From Amoebidium appalachense (Eukaryota > Protista > Ichthyosporea): a stretch of 64,000 nt of DNA. Positions 1-19,101 of the stretch are shown here, in pieces (position 1 is the first letter of the stretch; every line of letters starts with the position of its first letter). Both the position numbers and the translations under genes were made by a program. The stretch lies in contig CAVNZM010000009.1 in NCBI GenBank assembly GCA_963693365.1, positions 9,986,243 through 10,050,242 of the forward strand, in the 5' to 3' direction. Under the pieces are notes generated by a model that was not told the origin of the DNA, ran no database searches, and saw only the letters and a list, made by a program, of their open reading frames with translations.

Positions 1-131
1 CCCTCTCTCCCTCCCTCCCTCCCTCCTACCTTCCTTATCCAAGCACCTCCCTCTTTATACCCGTCCTATGGTATGTCGTGGCCAGGAGGCTGAGATCGCA
101 TTTTGCCTGCCCATCCCCCATCTCCCCCTCC

Positions 132-170
<39 letters not shown>

Positions 171-335
171 CCCCTTCTCCCCACCACCACCAATACCCAT
201 CCATCCACCGGAAGTAAAAGGGGAAGGGGGGAGGGGGTGGGGGGGGGGGTTCAGTCTCAGTCTGTCTCATAGTAAAGGGACATTTGGAGTGCTTTTGTGG
301 GCATGTGTGTCAGTTCGTGTGTTTGTTGCGTGTGC

Positions 336-401
<66 letters not shown>

Positions 402-442
402 AAACTGATCGCTGACCACAATTGAAATCCTTGGCTATACAG

Positions 443-4312
<3,870 letters not shown>

Positions 4313-4339
4313 AAATTTTTCGATTTCATTTCCCCTTAC

Positions 4340-4406
<67 letters not shown>

Positions 4407-5173
4407 GGGGGTCGTTTGTTGAACGCGTTGCGTATAAGATGGAGAACGGGTGACTGTGGGAGGGTTTGTGTTTTCGGGCTTGGATATGCTATGTGCATAT
4501 CTAATTGTGGGGGTTTTTTTTTTTTGGTTTTTTTTTTTGTTTTTTGTTTTTTTGTCCTTTTTTTTTGGTACGTTTCGATGGTTGGGTTACCTATATTAAT
4601 AAGGTTATAGTATATGTGAACTAGTTGATTCTTCCACCCAAAAGTTTAAGAGTATTTGAACGTTGGTACACATACACACATGCTGGGTGGGGTACAGTTA
4701 AACGATGATTTTGTGCCAGCTGGGTTCAAGTTGTCAAGTTTTGTTTTACGCTATCAATCAGACCTAGAGTTCGTGTCGGCATGCTAGGTTTGAGGAACGC
4801 AGCTTATAAGGTGCTAATGTGCGGATGTCTGAAGAAAGCAGGAGAGCTATGATAGAAAAGGTGTCCTTTGGTTGTTATTTCCCATTTCGTTCAATGGCGG
4901 TCGAAGGTCAAAAGGCAAAGCTCCCCACCCACCCATCCCCCTTCTTTCTCTCTTGCTTTCCCTCCTTCCCTCCCTCCCTCCCCTTCAGGCTTCCCCCCTC
5001 CCCCCTCCCTCCCTCCTCAAAGCTTCTCTCTTCCTCCTCCCCTCCCCACCCCCCACCCCCCCTTCAACTAAAGCCTCCCTCTAACATGGGCTCTGATTAT
5101 ATGCCTACTCTCACTGTGAGCATGCGGTTTGGATTCTGTGTGGTGTTTTCCGAAGTTGTGAATGTGTACTTAG

Positions 5174-5211
5174 CAAGGCCTCCTGAATGGAGTGCTATTT
5201 AGGAGGCCTTG
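5174..5211. mobile_element. 38-bp micro-MITE with 8-bp TSD (hAT-like)
   Basis: TIR caaggcctcct/aggaggccttg; perfect direct repeat gtacttag at 5166-5173 and 5212-5219. Confidence 0.8.
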
Positions 5212-6627
5212 GTACTTAGTAGTTATTAACGCTTTAACGCATTCCCCCCCCCCCCTCCCCCCTCCCCCAACACCCCTAACCGCCCACCACCACCACCCAC
5301 CCACCCACATGAATACGACAAAAAACATACACGCACACACAAGCGCACACAAAGTAACTGTTTACATGAACGTGTATGTACCCTCAAGCTGGATGTACAC
5401 GGTACGGTGATGATGTGCATGTGTGCGTGTGCGTGTGTGCATGCGTGCGCATAGTGCGTGTGATTGTGCGTGCGTGCGTGTATGCATATGTGTGTTCGTG
5501 CGGTGCGTGTGTATGTGCACGTGTGCGCGCACCTTGTTTATGTGGCATGTATACGTGTGTGCGTGTCTGCGTGTGTGCATGTGTGGGTGTATGCATGTGG
5601 ATGTGCGCATGTGTGCGTGTGTGTCTCACATGATATCAAGGCCGGGTTGTGTGAATTCGCTCATCATCATAAATATCATACGGTATCTCTGCTACATTAC
5701 AGGACTGGTGTGCACTAGGAAGCAAAACTGTAATTCCATTGGTTGCGTTTAGGCTGTGTTTTTATATAAGCAGTGAGTGAGTAACAAGTAGGTCAGCTGT
5801 GCATTGCAGATATTTTGGCAGCATTTGTTATTGTAACATATTTTTACCGTTTTATAAATTGTTATTCCATAAAAAAAAGCTTCTTTGGGCAGGTACCAGC
5901 CCGCGGCCGACCCGCAGCCTATGTACCAACTGCATGATACAGTAACACTCGGACTGTGAGCCCGTTAATAACCATTATAGCTAATAGTTTACTTAAAATT
6001 CTTTTGTATGTGTAAAAGAAAATGCTAAGTACACTACCTATAACTTTAAAAAGTTTATGTTCTCGTTCGGCTCTACTCAGTATCAATGATTTAAAGGGTT
6101 CAAACCCTACCCTACGCTGTGAAGATCAAGAAAAAAAAAGGAAAAAAAAGGACGTAAGGAATGGATGGCTCACTGAGATCACACACTGGCAACCACCTCC
6201 ACAGTAGCTACAGGCTCCCCCGTACGAGTGAGTACCCGCACCATTTTTCTTGCTGCACTTTCCGGTATTTTTGTCTCCGTTTTCCGAAATAACTGTAAAG
6301 CTCGTAGAACCCAAAGGCTCGCCGAGTTTGCCATTTTTGGGGGATTAAGTTTACCCATGTTCGGTGTTTCCCCCGATACACGGTTTTGTGGTACGTGTAT
6401 CATAAACTGTATGGTACTCCACACAAACCCGTAAAACGCAAGTGTTGTAGCAAGCACACTAACCAGCAAAAGCCCCCGAAACAAGGCGCTTAGCTTGTAT
6501 ACACCGATCACCGTCCAACCACCAATATACAGTATTAATATTTGCAAAAACCACAAAAACGACAGCGGAACGAGATAGCGAGATTGGTCCAAATCGAATT
6601 TTCTCAACCGGTGGCGAGTGTAATAAA

Positions 6628-6670
<43 letters not shown>

Positions 6671-7272
6671 TTTTGCACGTAGCTTATCGCTTCTGGGCCG
6701 GTGGGAGGGGGAGAGGCAGAGGGGGCTCAGTGGGGGGGGAGGGGGGGGGGGGGGGGGGGGAGTGTAGAGGGGGGGGGGGGGGGGGGGGGAGGTGGAGGGG
6801 GGTATTAAACAAAGGGGGGGGAGGGGGGGGGGGGAGGGAAGCTGGAGGGGGGTCCGTGAAGGGAATTAGGGGGCCCGAGGGGCTGGAAAAAAGGGGGTTT
6901 TGGGGTTGAGGGGAACGGGGGGGGGGGGGGAGTTGAAGACCTCAGCGCAATGGCCACCCATCGGTACCATTGTCGGGTCAATGATATTTAAAGGCCTACA
7001 CGATCTCCTTCATTGACAACCCATCTAATTCAAAAGGGTACAGGAAAACGACTCTTTGTGTAATGTATGACGATCACCCCTTGCATGTAGTACCACCAAT
7101 AAGCCACCGTGGCAACAATTAGCGAATGATGATTAAAAACGTTACACACACACAAACACACAGTCGTTAGCAAACTTTTACAAACACACCCACACAAACA
7201 CACAGTCGTTAGCAAACTTTCACACACACACACGCAAACCGTTTTCACACACACGCACACACACACACACGC

Positions 7273-7317
<45 letters not shown>

Positions 7318-7625
7318 GTGACACACACACACACACACACACACATGCACACGCACACACACACACATGCGCGCGCAGACACACAAGTCACACACATGTG
7401 CACACACATGCGCGCGCGCACACACACACACACAGATACACGGACACACACACACACACACGGTGTACGCATATGAATACACATGTGTACATACACACGT
7501 TCACTGCGATACACCCACCCTCGCTGAGCTCCTTTGCACGCACTTATATACGCATGTACCACACACACACACGCTTACACATACACGCACGTCACTCCCA
7601 CACACAAACACACACACGCCACATA

Positions 7626-7680
<55 letters not shown>

Positions 7681-7795
7681 AAATGCATGTAGTCGAGCAC
7701 GCCGTTGAAGTCTTGCATTTGTCCAAACAACACTGACAGTGCTCACGCACACAAACACACTTTTTGTATCATCACAGTGACGGATGCATCATGTG

Positions 7796-7844
<49 letters not shown>

Positions 7845-8101
7845 CACACACGCCGTAAGAACAAAATGTTGTCCTGATCAAAATTTAGATTTCTTACGGA
7901 ACGAACAGATGATGTTCGCTTGGTGGGTGGGGAGCCTCGGGAGGGAAATGTGTGTGGAACCTAGGGGATGGGGAGGCCGTTCCCCGCAGTTCTCCTCCCC
8001 TCCCCCCCCCCCCCCCCCCCCCATCCCAAACGGAGCTCTGAGAGTTACCTTTCACAAGGGCTGGGGGAGAGGGGGGAAGGAGGAAAGGTTACACTTTGAG
8101 T

Positions 8102-8133
<32 letters not shown>

Positions 8134-9953
8134 ACCCCCCCGCCCGCCCCCTCCGGATTCAACCCCCGTCCTGAACATCGTGGGCCCCTGGCCCCCGGGG
8201 CGGGGAGGGGGGAGGGGGGGGGGGGGGGGGGGGGGCACGTGTCACACTCGCACGCCTCTTGCAATTCACATGCACTTCCCAACCATGGTCATGACATGCA
8301 GCGAATCAACACCCACCACCATGTAACAATGTGCAACTTGATGGGCGTTCACGGAGCCCCACCTGTACCAGGCCCCAAGGTGATTTACTGCAAACGAGGC
8401 CTTACCAGACACTGTACGTGACTCTAGTCCACGGGGTGTTTCTAAATGGCCGTGCTCTAGTCACTTCGCGCGATCGCCCACACGACGTGATTATCCACCA
8501 ATAAAAACCAAGTTACTCATATCGGTGCAAGTGATATCTCGATGGTTTCTATTTTGCTGAGCATATCAATAAAGTCATTATTTATTGTCTTCTCAGTCAG
8601 TATGCCGGGCATACTTGCATATCTTTCCGTCGAATAAATCCAGTCAAAAGAAAAACAAAACAAGTTACTCACCGAGAGTAGTGCAGGAGCTAATATCATA
8701 TTGCTCTGATAATATCGTGATATATTTATTTACCAGCCACCCACCCACGTGCACCCCTCCACACACGCACACACGTTCTCTCTCTCCTTTCCCGTCATAC
8801 CGTGACACTGAAACACCTGCACGCACACACACATGCACATAATACACACGCACGCAGTATCACACATACACACAAACATACGGCAATTATTCGACCAGGG
8901 TGAATAATGGCGGCTGTGTGCAATGAACAAATAATGAATGCTGGCACTGAAAATGACCATGTTTGGTTCTTTTCTTAAACTGAAGCCATATATACGGTTA
9001 GGACCATATGTGCTTGGAACCGCCATTATAGTCGTGCCAGTAAAATAAATATATCCGGTTTATTTATCTTCTATGTATTTATCACAAAAAGAGTGACAAC
9101 ACGGTATACTATGATATCTTCATCGCACCCGATAGAACCAGTCTATCCAAAATTCGTCACGCTCAACGATCGCCAATCCGCTAAATCTCTACGCTCGGCC
9201 GGCTAGGATATATTTACAGGGGGGGGGGGGCACTATCTACATTTGCCGCTCGCACTATCTTATACCCATTGCTAATATATCTCTGCATAGTACGTTCGGC
9301 ATACTTTTAAACACTGCTTCCCAAATCTAGGCTAATATCATATAAAAAAAAGAGGTTATTCGAGGGATATTCTATCAAATTTCTAAACGTAAACTATTTT
9401 GATAGCAAAACTGTAACTACCTTCCGGGCTGCTAAATGATGTATAATTTGGTTAGGGGGGTTTAACAGAAAAAATCACCGAATATCTAAATTATATGGGT
9501 AGGGGACAGGGTGGTTGGTAGGTGTAGGGGGGTTGTAACAACAGGGAGGGAAAAAAGAAAGAAGAAAAAAACCCCCCACACACTATGTCGGGTGGTGGTT
9601 AGCCGGCGGGGGCTCTCACATGACGTCACGTTATCGCAAACGTCCGCTAAATTCACCACATTATCTTAAACACTTCTTAAACACGGTATAAAAACTTCCA
9701 TAACACGGTATAATAAAACTGACAATAATAAGTGCTTGAATAATAATTATTAACTTATTAGTAATAGTAGTAGCAATAATAATAGAAATAACAATAATAA
9801 CAAAATCGCACGCGTGCAATAATAATAGTGACGAGGATATTAACAGAAAATAAAATATAAAAAAACACTAAATAGGATAAAATGCCGACTTCTCTCCATC
9901 AGTCAATCAGAAACGGTCCCAACAGACTCCATACAAATTCACACCACATGACT

Positions 9954-9993
<40 letters not shown>

Positions 9994-9999
9994 GACCCT

Positions 10000-10978
10000 T
10001 CACCTGGCCTCCATACCCGCCGCAGGGGCAGGGGCATACTCCTCCCTCACTTGCTGGTTCCTATACACATCATAGTGATAGGATCCCTCCTCACTCTCAT
10101 AATAAACCCCCCCATTTCTAGCCTCGGGATTCTGCTCCGTCTTCTTCTCTTGCCCTTGCATCTCATAATCGTATTTCGACTGTGCCTGTACCCCCGTCTC
10201 CCCCTGAGGTGCATAATAATGTGCACTCGCATGGTGCGGAGGGGGCGGGGCGTGCATAAATGTCGGGCTCGCACTCTGGGTATGTGTGGTCTCATATTCG
10301 GGTCGAATCGCATGCGCTTCACGGGTCGGGTCCGAATCGGCATACGGACGGTGCAGGGGTGGTTGTTGGGGCTGGCGGGGGGGAGGAACAGGTACAGCCC
10401 CAGGCACGATGGGTGTAGAAGCGTTTCGGAACTGCGGTTCGGTATTGTACCTCTCCGGTTCGGAATAACGGAAAGGAGGGTACGTGTGTGAGGGGGGAGA
10501 CCCCCAAGATGTGTTCGAGGGATAGGGATGAGCCGTGAGGTCCATAGGGTGGGAGGGCCTCCGTTGATAGTATTCGGGTGGGGGGGCAGAGAGGGTGGGG
10601 GTGGAGTGGTGACGCGTGGGATATGTTGATTGGGAGGGTTGGTGGGCGGAAAGAGGGTGAGGGGGCGGGACGGGAGCCGCGGAAGGGTGGGTGTGTTCGG
10701 TTTGGTAGTGGTGTGCGGCTATGGGATAAGGTTGGGCAGAGTGGTGGCGGCGGTAGGTGGGTGCTCCCGGGGACGTTGGGGTGTGTTCGGGGTGGTACGT
10801 GTACGTGCGGTCATAGGAGAGGTGGTCGGGGGCAGAGGGGGGTGGGGGCGGTGGGCCCGACTGCATGTGTGGTCCATCGTAGGGGTACCGTGGATCTGTG
10901 GCCTGCGGGAGTAGGAAGAGGGGAAGGGAGGGGTTAGGATGTTGACGCCTTTCTTCTCTTCTCGGGCAGGAGGACGGG

Positions 10979-11022
<44 letters not shown>

Positions 11023-13094
11023 TTGTGTGGTGAGTGAGTGGGTGGATGGGTGGGCCGGCTGTGGAGCAAAATTTGGGAGAAAAGGGGGGGAGGGGGGGCA
11101 GTCTTTACGTCTGTATGTCGTTGCGTGTTCAAGTACCACATGAGCTTTTTTTGTTTAGTTTTTTTTTTGTTTTTTGGAGGGGAGGGGGCGGAGGGGGGAG
11201 GGGGGGGGGGGGGGGGGGGAGGGGATCAACATACCTCATGGTGCACAATGATTGGACCACCACTACTTGCCGAAGTTGCCAGAAGACGGCCAGGACCCTG
11301 TGTTCGGGGCCGGCCAGCAGCGGGCACTGATAAAGAGCCAATAGCGTCAGTATGTTAAAATATAATCATTTATAAAGAAATCATGGTTTGATTTTGGGCC
11401 AATCAAAGATGTGGCTCCCATTCACTGTGAATGGCGGGGGCCTGGAGGGGGGGGGGGTGGGGGGGGGTTTGAATGCGTCAAAAAGTACGAAGTACACAAG
11501 AACAAACGGATAACACGATGCAGAATGCAAGCCATACATAAAGAGAATGCATCATAAGCAGAGCCCATCCTCAGGGGGAGCCCACGTCATCCACAGTACC
11601 CGAGTTTCGACCTATTCCCCTGGGGGGGGGGCGGCAAGAGGAGGGCAGAAGAAAGAAATTTCGACGGTGCACATGGTCTGGTAGACCCATGTGCTGACGC
11701 CATGTGGGGGGGGGGGGGGGGGGGGGGGGGGAGAGGTAACAAGAGGAGAGAGAAGAGAGAAAGCAGAGCTGGATCTAAATAGATAGAAAGGGAGGGGCAG
11801 GACGGGGGAGGGAGGGAGGGAAGAGGGGGGGGGGGGGGGAGGGGGGAGGCAGAGACAGGGAAGAGGGCAAGAGAGCGATGGAGAAGAGATCTAAAAAGGA
11901 AGACGGGGAGGAGAGAACGGCGAAAGGGCAAGGGGGGGGAAGGGGGGAGTAGGGGGGTAGGTGAGGGTACTTGGCACTGGGGGCATGTAGGATGATGGCA
12001 TGGCGCTGCGTTTGCTGTTGTTGTGCTTCAGCCGTACGTGTGTCTGTGCACACACACACACACACACACACATGTTGTCAGAAATCACATCACGGCTCAC
12101 TCCTGTCTCGTTTCTGATCCCCTTCTCCACCTTACCTCCCGCCCATTCCCCCCCCCACCTCCCTCTCCCCTCCCCCCTCCCGGCACCCTCATCCCCACAT
12201 ACACTCACACTTGCCCTCCCTGGTCCTTTTCACCCGACTCCACCTTTACCTCCCCTTCTCCCCCCCCCTTCTCCCCTCCCCATCCCCCCTCCCCCTCCTT
12301 TCCCCACAAAATGCCCGGCCTGTCGCCTTTCACACTCATTCCCCTCGTCTCTATCTTGCATTCTTAACCCCATACATCGATCCCTTCCTAAAGTTCCCTC
12401 CCCCTCCGCTCCCTCCTCCCCCCCCCCCCTCCCCCCACACACAAACCCCTTCCCCCTCAAACCTCAAGTTTCCCCGATACACACAGACATGCATTCCTAC
12501 CAAACACACCCCCTCCTTCGGCCCTTCCTCCACATGTATCCAAGCCCTTCCCATGCCCATACTCCCATTTGAACTGAGTCGGCCCTATCCGCCTTTCCCC
12601 ATCGGACCACCCCACCTGCCATCACCCCCCCCCGTTACCCCCCCCCCCCCTCCCCCCCGTTACCCCCCCCCCCCCCCCCCCCCCCCCCCCAAATCACCTT
12701 CCCTTGATCCTCCCCCATTCCAAGGCCCATCTCTCGTTCCCTTACCACCCACCCACCCACCTCCCACTCACCACCTTCCCACCTCTCCATTCAACCTTCA
12801 GCCCCTTCCCCCCTCTCCCCCCCCCCCCCCCCCCCCCTCATCCCCCCCCCCCCCCACACACCCACCCACCCACCCACACACCTGCAGAGAGCTATCGCTG
12901 GCATACACCCGACCACAGTTCTGATGAGGACATCTTATGTTCCTGTTAAGTTCCTTGTACGTGCGCCTGTGCCTGCGCTTGCTCGGGATGGACGTGTCTC
13001 CCCCCTCACTCCTTTGCCCATCCCATGCTCCCCCCCTTGCATCCGTCCCTTCAACCTCCATTCCGATGGGGGGACTGCCAGCCCGACTGCTATT

Positions 13095-13147
<53 letters not shown>

Positions 13148-13947
13148 TTGTATTTGTGTGTGTGTGTGTGTGTTGGGGGCCGGGGAGGGAAGGGGGGGAT
13201 TGGGAGGGTGGATAGCAAGGGTAGAGATGGAGAGTGAAAGCAGGGAGAGCGGGTGCAAATTGATATGGATTTAGGGGGAAAAGGATGGGGGGGGGGGGGG
13301 GGGGGGGGGAGGGAGGGAGGGAGGGAGGTCAGAGACATTTAATACCATGTACCTTTAAGATGAATGAACTGCTTGTTCTTCATTCTACCCTCATCTTGAG
13401 AGGGTGGGGAAGGGGGAGGGTGATGGGGAAATGGAAGCTGGAATGATTTGGTGGTGGTCTCGGGTAGAGCTCTCACTAAAGAAATCCCGTTTTGATACAC
13501 ACCACTGACAGCTTGTCCGTGAGTACGATCATGTTAGGTTGGCACATTTTCCAAACACTCAATCATCATTCAACCCAGATTCTTAGCGGCCACATGTCGG
13601 CTATCCCCCCCTCCCCCCACCACCCCCTCTCTTCCAACCAATACACACCACCACCACCACCACCACCACCACCACCACCACGACACACACACACACACAC
13701 ACACACACACTATCACCACAGAAAAAGAAGAAAGTGGAAAACCCAAAACAATACCGGCTCAACATGCAGTGCATGTAATATTTATCCAAGATTGTGTATA
13801 TCCACTCATCGAAATAGCATCAATTTCTCACCTGACCGAGTATGTAGCCTCATAGACATATCCCCCCGCTATCCCGTCTTTATTTCCATCGGGCGAGGCC
13901 TCGAGAGGCCACCGTCTGGGCTCCTGCATGGTTGCTGCTTCCATCAT
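10000..13947 (-). CDS. Single C2H2 zinc-finger protein with long Pro/Tyr/His-rich low-complexity C-terminus (putative transcription factor); exons 13947-13832, 13089-12882, 12043-11971, 11326-11235, 10902-10000
   Basis: Phase-compatible GT-AG joins rebuild KRRHRRTYKELNRNIRCPHQNCGRVYASDSSLQ|THVRLKH (CxxxxC-x12-H-xxxx-H). The last exon is a 301-codon non-microsatellite ORF. The 3' end may splice further because AG|GTGAAG overlaps the stop. Confidence 0.75.
11468..11620 (-). mobile_element. Structured repeat, subfamily A, 5'-truncated
   Basis: Near-identical to 37487-37637; G tracts on both sides. Confidence 0.85.
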
Positions 13948-14176
13948 TCTCTGACGTCACCGCATGACTTTCTGCAATTATGATTGGTGGAAAGTCGGCG
14001 TACTGATGTTGGTGAAATATACAAAGACAAAAATGGTGACTTGAGCTCAATTTTGCATAGAAATGGCCGAGCATGGAACTATCGAATTGGCATTGAATTT
14101 GGTGTTGGTGACGTGTGTATGGATAGGAAGGAACCGGTGTGTGTGTGTGTGTGTGGGGGTGGGGGAGGGGGGGGGG

Positions 14177-14530
14177 TTTGAATGCGGAACACGGTACGAA
14201 GTACGCATACACGATGAGAAGCATGGTGCAGGACACATGCAAAGGCAAACATTCAAGTATGCAACATCAGCCATGCGCACAGTATGCGTCATAAGCAGAG
14301 CCCATCCTCAGGGAGGGCCCAAGTCATCAATTGCGTCTGAGTTTCGACCCCTTAGCCCGCCTATATACAACTCTCCAACTCAGACAGCAGCATCAACTGA
14401 ACTTGGGAGGGTCAACCCGTCTTGGTCAAAGACGAGCAGGGTTGCTTATGCAAGCAAGGCGAGCAAAACGGTGAAGATGTGTGTGCAAACTAAAGCAGTG
14501 CAGCGAAAAATGCGAATGTGCTTCCAGATG
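14177..14530 (-). mobile_element. Structured repeat, subfamily B
   Basis: Near-identical to 61636-61988 and to the reverse complement of 44777-44951; G tracts on both sides. Confidence 0.85.
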
Positions 14531-14600
14531 GGGGGAGGGGGGGGGGGATTGGTGAATGGATGTATGTGTGTGTGTGGTCGTGTGCATACATCACACGCAC

Positions 14601-14633
<33 letters not shown>

Positions 14634-14729
14634 GTGTGTGTGTGCATGTGCATGCATATGAAATCGTGTGTGCACATGTGTATTTGTGTTGCAAGTGTGC
14701 GTGTGCACGCGCACGTAAAGGAGCGTGTT

Positions 14730-14772
<43 letters not shown>

Positions 14773-14855
14773 CGCGCGCGCGCGCGCATGTGTGTATGTG
14801 TGTGCGGGCATGTCTGTTTGTGCGCTTGTGTGCACATGCCGTCAATGGGGCCAGA

Positions 14856-14921
<66 letters not shown>

Positions 14922-16848
14922 TGTACGCGCGCTCAGATGTGTGTGTGTTTGTGAGTGCATGTATGTGTGTTCTCGCGCATTCTGTGTCGTGGGAGGGCAG
15001 TGCTTGCAGTGTGTCATGCCCTCATTCTTGTGGGTAAAAATGTGCAAAAAACTTAAATTACTAACCTTGCGTATGTCAAGGCATGTGTAGAAAATGTGTG
15101 GTTCGCTAAACCTCAAGCACTGTTAGATTTATTTGTTGTCGAACACTTTCAGCTCATTCATCCATGTTTTAAGTTCATTCCTAAGAAAAGTATAAGTAAC
15201 AATTACCTGCCAAAAGCTGAGTTACAGAGTATAATTATGTCGTTGTCGTTGAATATTCATTGTGTGTGGATTTCTCGCAGGTTTTCGTCCGTTTTTGATT
15301 GAAACATAGGACCAAATTTGCTTTGCATGCTTGGGTCATAAAAATGCACGTCTTTTCATCCTCATAATGTAGCCACACACCACACACACAAAGCACCTCT
15401 ACCTGTCCGCGTGAGCACACGTATGCGTTAGTTTTCCCCTCGTCTACTGTGTTTATCTGACGTCTCTGCATTTCATGGCACGTGTAACCGTGACTTTTGC
15501 AGTATTGGTACCTTTTCAAATCGATAGTGTGTGTGTCTGTTAACGTTCAGGGCAGTTCTTAGCACGGACTTGAAGTACTTACTGTTCTCATAGATTGCTT
15601 CCTCTGAAAATAATCAAAAAAGTAGCACACCTTCATGCCCCTCTCTGTATCACTCTTTCTCTGTCAAGGTTCATGTGTGTGCTTCCAAAAGCCTGCAAGC
15701 GCAGTAGAACGTGGCTAAGCTTGCACACTTGCCATTATCGCAAGTTCGCCCTTCCAGACAAAAACAACGAGCAAAAACAAGACACATGCAACTTCGCCAC
15801 TTACCCAAGGGAAAACTCGACAATCACTTGTAATGTGTTCCGTTTCTATGCTGGATGTGAGTATGGACATGTAGCATAAAACACATGCGAAGGTCAATGA
15901 TGACAAAATGGCATTCAAGGGTTCGTGCGAAACGGATAGAAAGAACGGGTGCAACGCGTGGTGGTACGTATAACGATACCAACTTGGATATCTACGCACA
16001 TGATGTTTAGCCAATAAATGCATGATAAGAGAGGCGTGCAAAAACGATGCTGATCTTGCTTGTTTGCCTCGGGCGACTGTTTTCATCTACTAGAATCTGA
16101 CCAGGTCTACTCTTTTCTCCAAAGTTTAGATAAACAATATAATTTAAATTAAAATTTCTATATATTGAACGGTTTGTTTATGCGACTGTCTTGCACCAGC
16201 GTACGCGTTGAATCCTATGTTAGGCTGCTACTTTATGGTGTCTCGTAGAGACAGTAAACCCTGATATATAGTCACCACCCGACATCTATGTACGTGATCA
16301 TGATATACCGCTGAGGGGATATTCCGAGCAAAACCCCCCCCATACCTGAGACTGGTTCTCTTTGCCTCGAGTAAACAGCGTAAACCCCCCATAGCTACGT
16401 ACATACGATAACAAAATTTGTGTGTTGGAATCGTCAAACGTCCCATTTCTTATGATGTCATTAAAGAATGGACAGACAGGCACTTGATGACCATTGAAAA
16501 CATTCCTTGATCATACTGACTGATGTTTTCCAGCTATTAGCTTGGGTGTTACAAGATGAAACTGTCGAAATAAACACCTTTCTGCAGAGCCTTTGATCAT
16601 TTACCAGGTCGGATCTTGGGGCCCCGAAAAAATGTTATTAGATTCGCCAATCAATAACGTGCAGGTTGTATGTGCCATGGCCCACATCTGATCCCGCTGT
16701 TTCGCTGAATATGTGTGCTGCAGTTTCACAAAAAGTAAAATAAGGCTTATAATACATTTCTTGCGCCTCGGGTGCTTTACATATGCGGTAAGAAAGTATT
16801 TTCTTTGCGTTTTCCTGTGATTATGGCAAACGTCATAACGACGCTTTC

Positions 16849-17299
16849 ATTGGCCACAAGATTTCAGCGAATGAGGTGTCTGCGAATGTGCTGTCAGTTT
16901 GGGCACCAACCATCTACACGCTGATTGGTCATAGTAAAACCAAAACATTCCAAATTACCAAAGAAAGGCATGTGTTGCTTTTTGCTCCCGACCACGAAAG
17001 CCTCACGGAAATTTTTCTAGTCTTGGGTATCCCATGAGATTACAGTAAATCTATCCATAACTCTTTATTTTCTTTAACAAGTGATAAAAAAGTTGCTTTT
17101 TCTTTGCACTTTTCACAGAAAAATTACCACAGTTTGCACTTGTGGGTGCGCACCGAAAACTGCGGGATCCTGCACAGAACAAATAAGCTAACCCATCTAC
17201 ACTTTGATTGGTGCGTTTCATAAAGTAACCTTTTCTTATTGGATAACATAAAACCCCGGCGATTGGCCGCAATATAACCTGGATCTATTTTGAGCCAAT
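16849..17299. promoter_or_regulatory. Cluster of CCAAT boxes (putative NF-Y promoter)
   Basis: ATTGG/CCAAT at 16849, 16924, 17207, 17238, 17262 and 17295 in repeat-free DNA; the last four are spaced 24-33 bp apart. Confidence 0.4.
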
Positions 17300-18088
17300 C
17301 AGACGACAGGTGTTGTGTGCTTTATCGTGTGACGCCTTCCCGCATAGATCTGGGGGTTTGCCATGGTTTGCCAAGGGAAAATAACCATTCAGCCCACGCA
17401 AATTTGGTGATTTCAGCACTATTATTCATTGTAATTTTATATCTTCTATAAACATACCATATTGAATTGAGCACATGCTTACTGAAAAAATGCCATACAT
17501 CAAGAGGTTTGTCTCCTGGCTATTATTAGGTCACATGCCGGCATGTAGTGATCCCCACCACACCGAGGCACGATCATGAGCGAAACAACAAAAACAGGCG
17601 TCGGAAGCTACTGGGCTATCGACTCATGAGCCTGCAAATAACTACAGCCTAAGCTGCCTAATTATACTAATTGAATATTAAATATACTTGTTTTGGTCAA
17701 CCAGTATTAGGCATTTGGAAATCTGGCATGTCGATCAACCAGCTATTTTGCATTGTGCATAAAGACGAACAGCTTTGCACTTGAAAGACCGTGACGTCCG
17801 TGCTTGCTTGCATGCTATTTATGACGAGTGCATGCATGGGTACTTCCCTGGGACCCTGAGCCACGCGGGCTAACGCTGATAAAAAACAACTGGACAGATC
17901 TTGTCGGCAACCCCCGACAATAAAAAACTATTGTGCCTTAGTCGACGGACGTCATGTTCTGTTCTCTACTGGCTAGCATGGATAGCTGAGCCTCGGAGCG
18001 TGCACCAGGTTGAAGGGCACGCGTCACCACCATGCAAATCACATGCACCAATACGTAAGTAGGTGTTCAGGCATGTGTCCCCCCCCCC

Positions 18089-18140
<52 letters not shown>

Positions 18141-18504
18141 CCACTAGTGCACCACTGGGCCACCACCACAACAACCACTGTGATCATGACAGGTGCACAC
18201 CAGTTCCGGATCCCCCGGCTTGCTACCTGTGGACGGTCACCATGATGGCCATGCTTTCGGAAGCTTGCCTCCTACAGCTGTATTCGCTTCCGACTCAGGC
18301 CTTCGAGCGGGCCTTCCTCCCTTCCCCTCCCTCCTCCCCCCCCCTCCCCCCCCCCCCCCCCTCCCCCCCCCCCCCCCCCTCTCTTCCCTTCGATCCTCCC
18401 CTCACCCCCCCCCCCCCCCCCCCCTTCCCCCTCTCCGGATCCCCCTTAGCCGCCCCATCCCGCGGCCATATTACTGCAATGACACACACATCGTGCAGTC
18501 AACC

Positions 18505-18526
18505 CAAGGCCTCCTAAATAGCATTG
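18505..18526. mobile_element. 22-bp remnant of the caaggcctcct micro-MITE
   Basis: caaggcctcctaaatagca is the reverse complement of the right arm of 5174-5211; flanks agtcaacc/ggtcaacc match 7/8. Confidence 0.55.
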
Positions 18527-19101
18527 GGTCAACCTCATGTGATCACCATGCACAGCCTCATTCAAAATGGCATCACGTGCACTGTCTCTGATATCCGGTC
18601 AGAGATATGCCCCTCAAATTTATTCAATCACGATAGCAGATAACTTATCAGGCCCGCTGTCTCAGGAAATGGAGTAAGAACACTAAGGGCCAATCTGTGC
18701 ACGGTATTACATGTATTGCATGCACAGGGAGAGTGGTGCACGTGACCGGTGGTTAAACTTGGGTTTACGTCCCCCTTGAGGGAATAAGGCACATGAACGC
18801 TCACTTTAAACCTCTGTGCCGGCAATAGTTTAATCATTCGGAAGGGTAGTGGGGAGGTACAGGGGGTGCTGCGGGACGATTGGGGGGGGAGGGGGAAGGG
18901 GGATGGGATGTGAAGGAGAGCTAGGTTGCCGTGGACGAGGAAGTGAGGCAGCATGCCCCCCCCCCCCTCCCCCCCCCCCCCCCCCCCCCTCCCCCCTCCC
19001 CTCCTCACTTCCTTCCCCTGCTCCCTCCCTCCCTCCCCCCCCCTCCCCCCACCACGCGCGCGTCTTTTCTCTCTCGAAGTCTCCTGCCACTTGCTCTCTC
19101 T

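Noticed and set aside
5166-5219. Introner-type element, because the TSDs read GT...AG
   Set aside because: Splicing GT to AG would remove both TSD copies, and none of the insertions is in an exon
14330-14390. RNase P/MRP RNA (gtctgag...ccaactcagac resembles P4)
   Set aside because: Local helix in a multicopy truncated repeat; lacks the GGAAR of CR-I and the other conserved regions
14063-15037. 324-aa ORF with a peptide recurring elsewhere (MQRQTFKYATSAM...)
   Set aside because: Recurrence is due to the DNA repeat; the frame is not kept in subfamily A and the rest is microsatellite
15595-16483. Short ORFs in unique DNA
   Set aside because: No recognisable motif and no consistent exon chain
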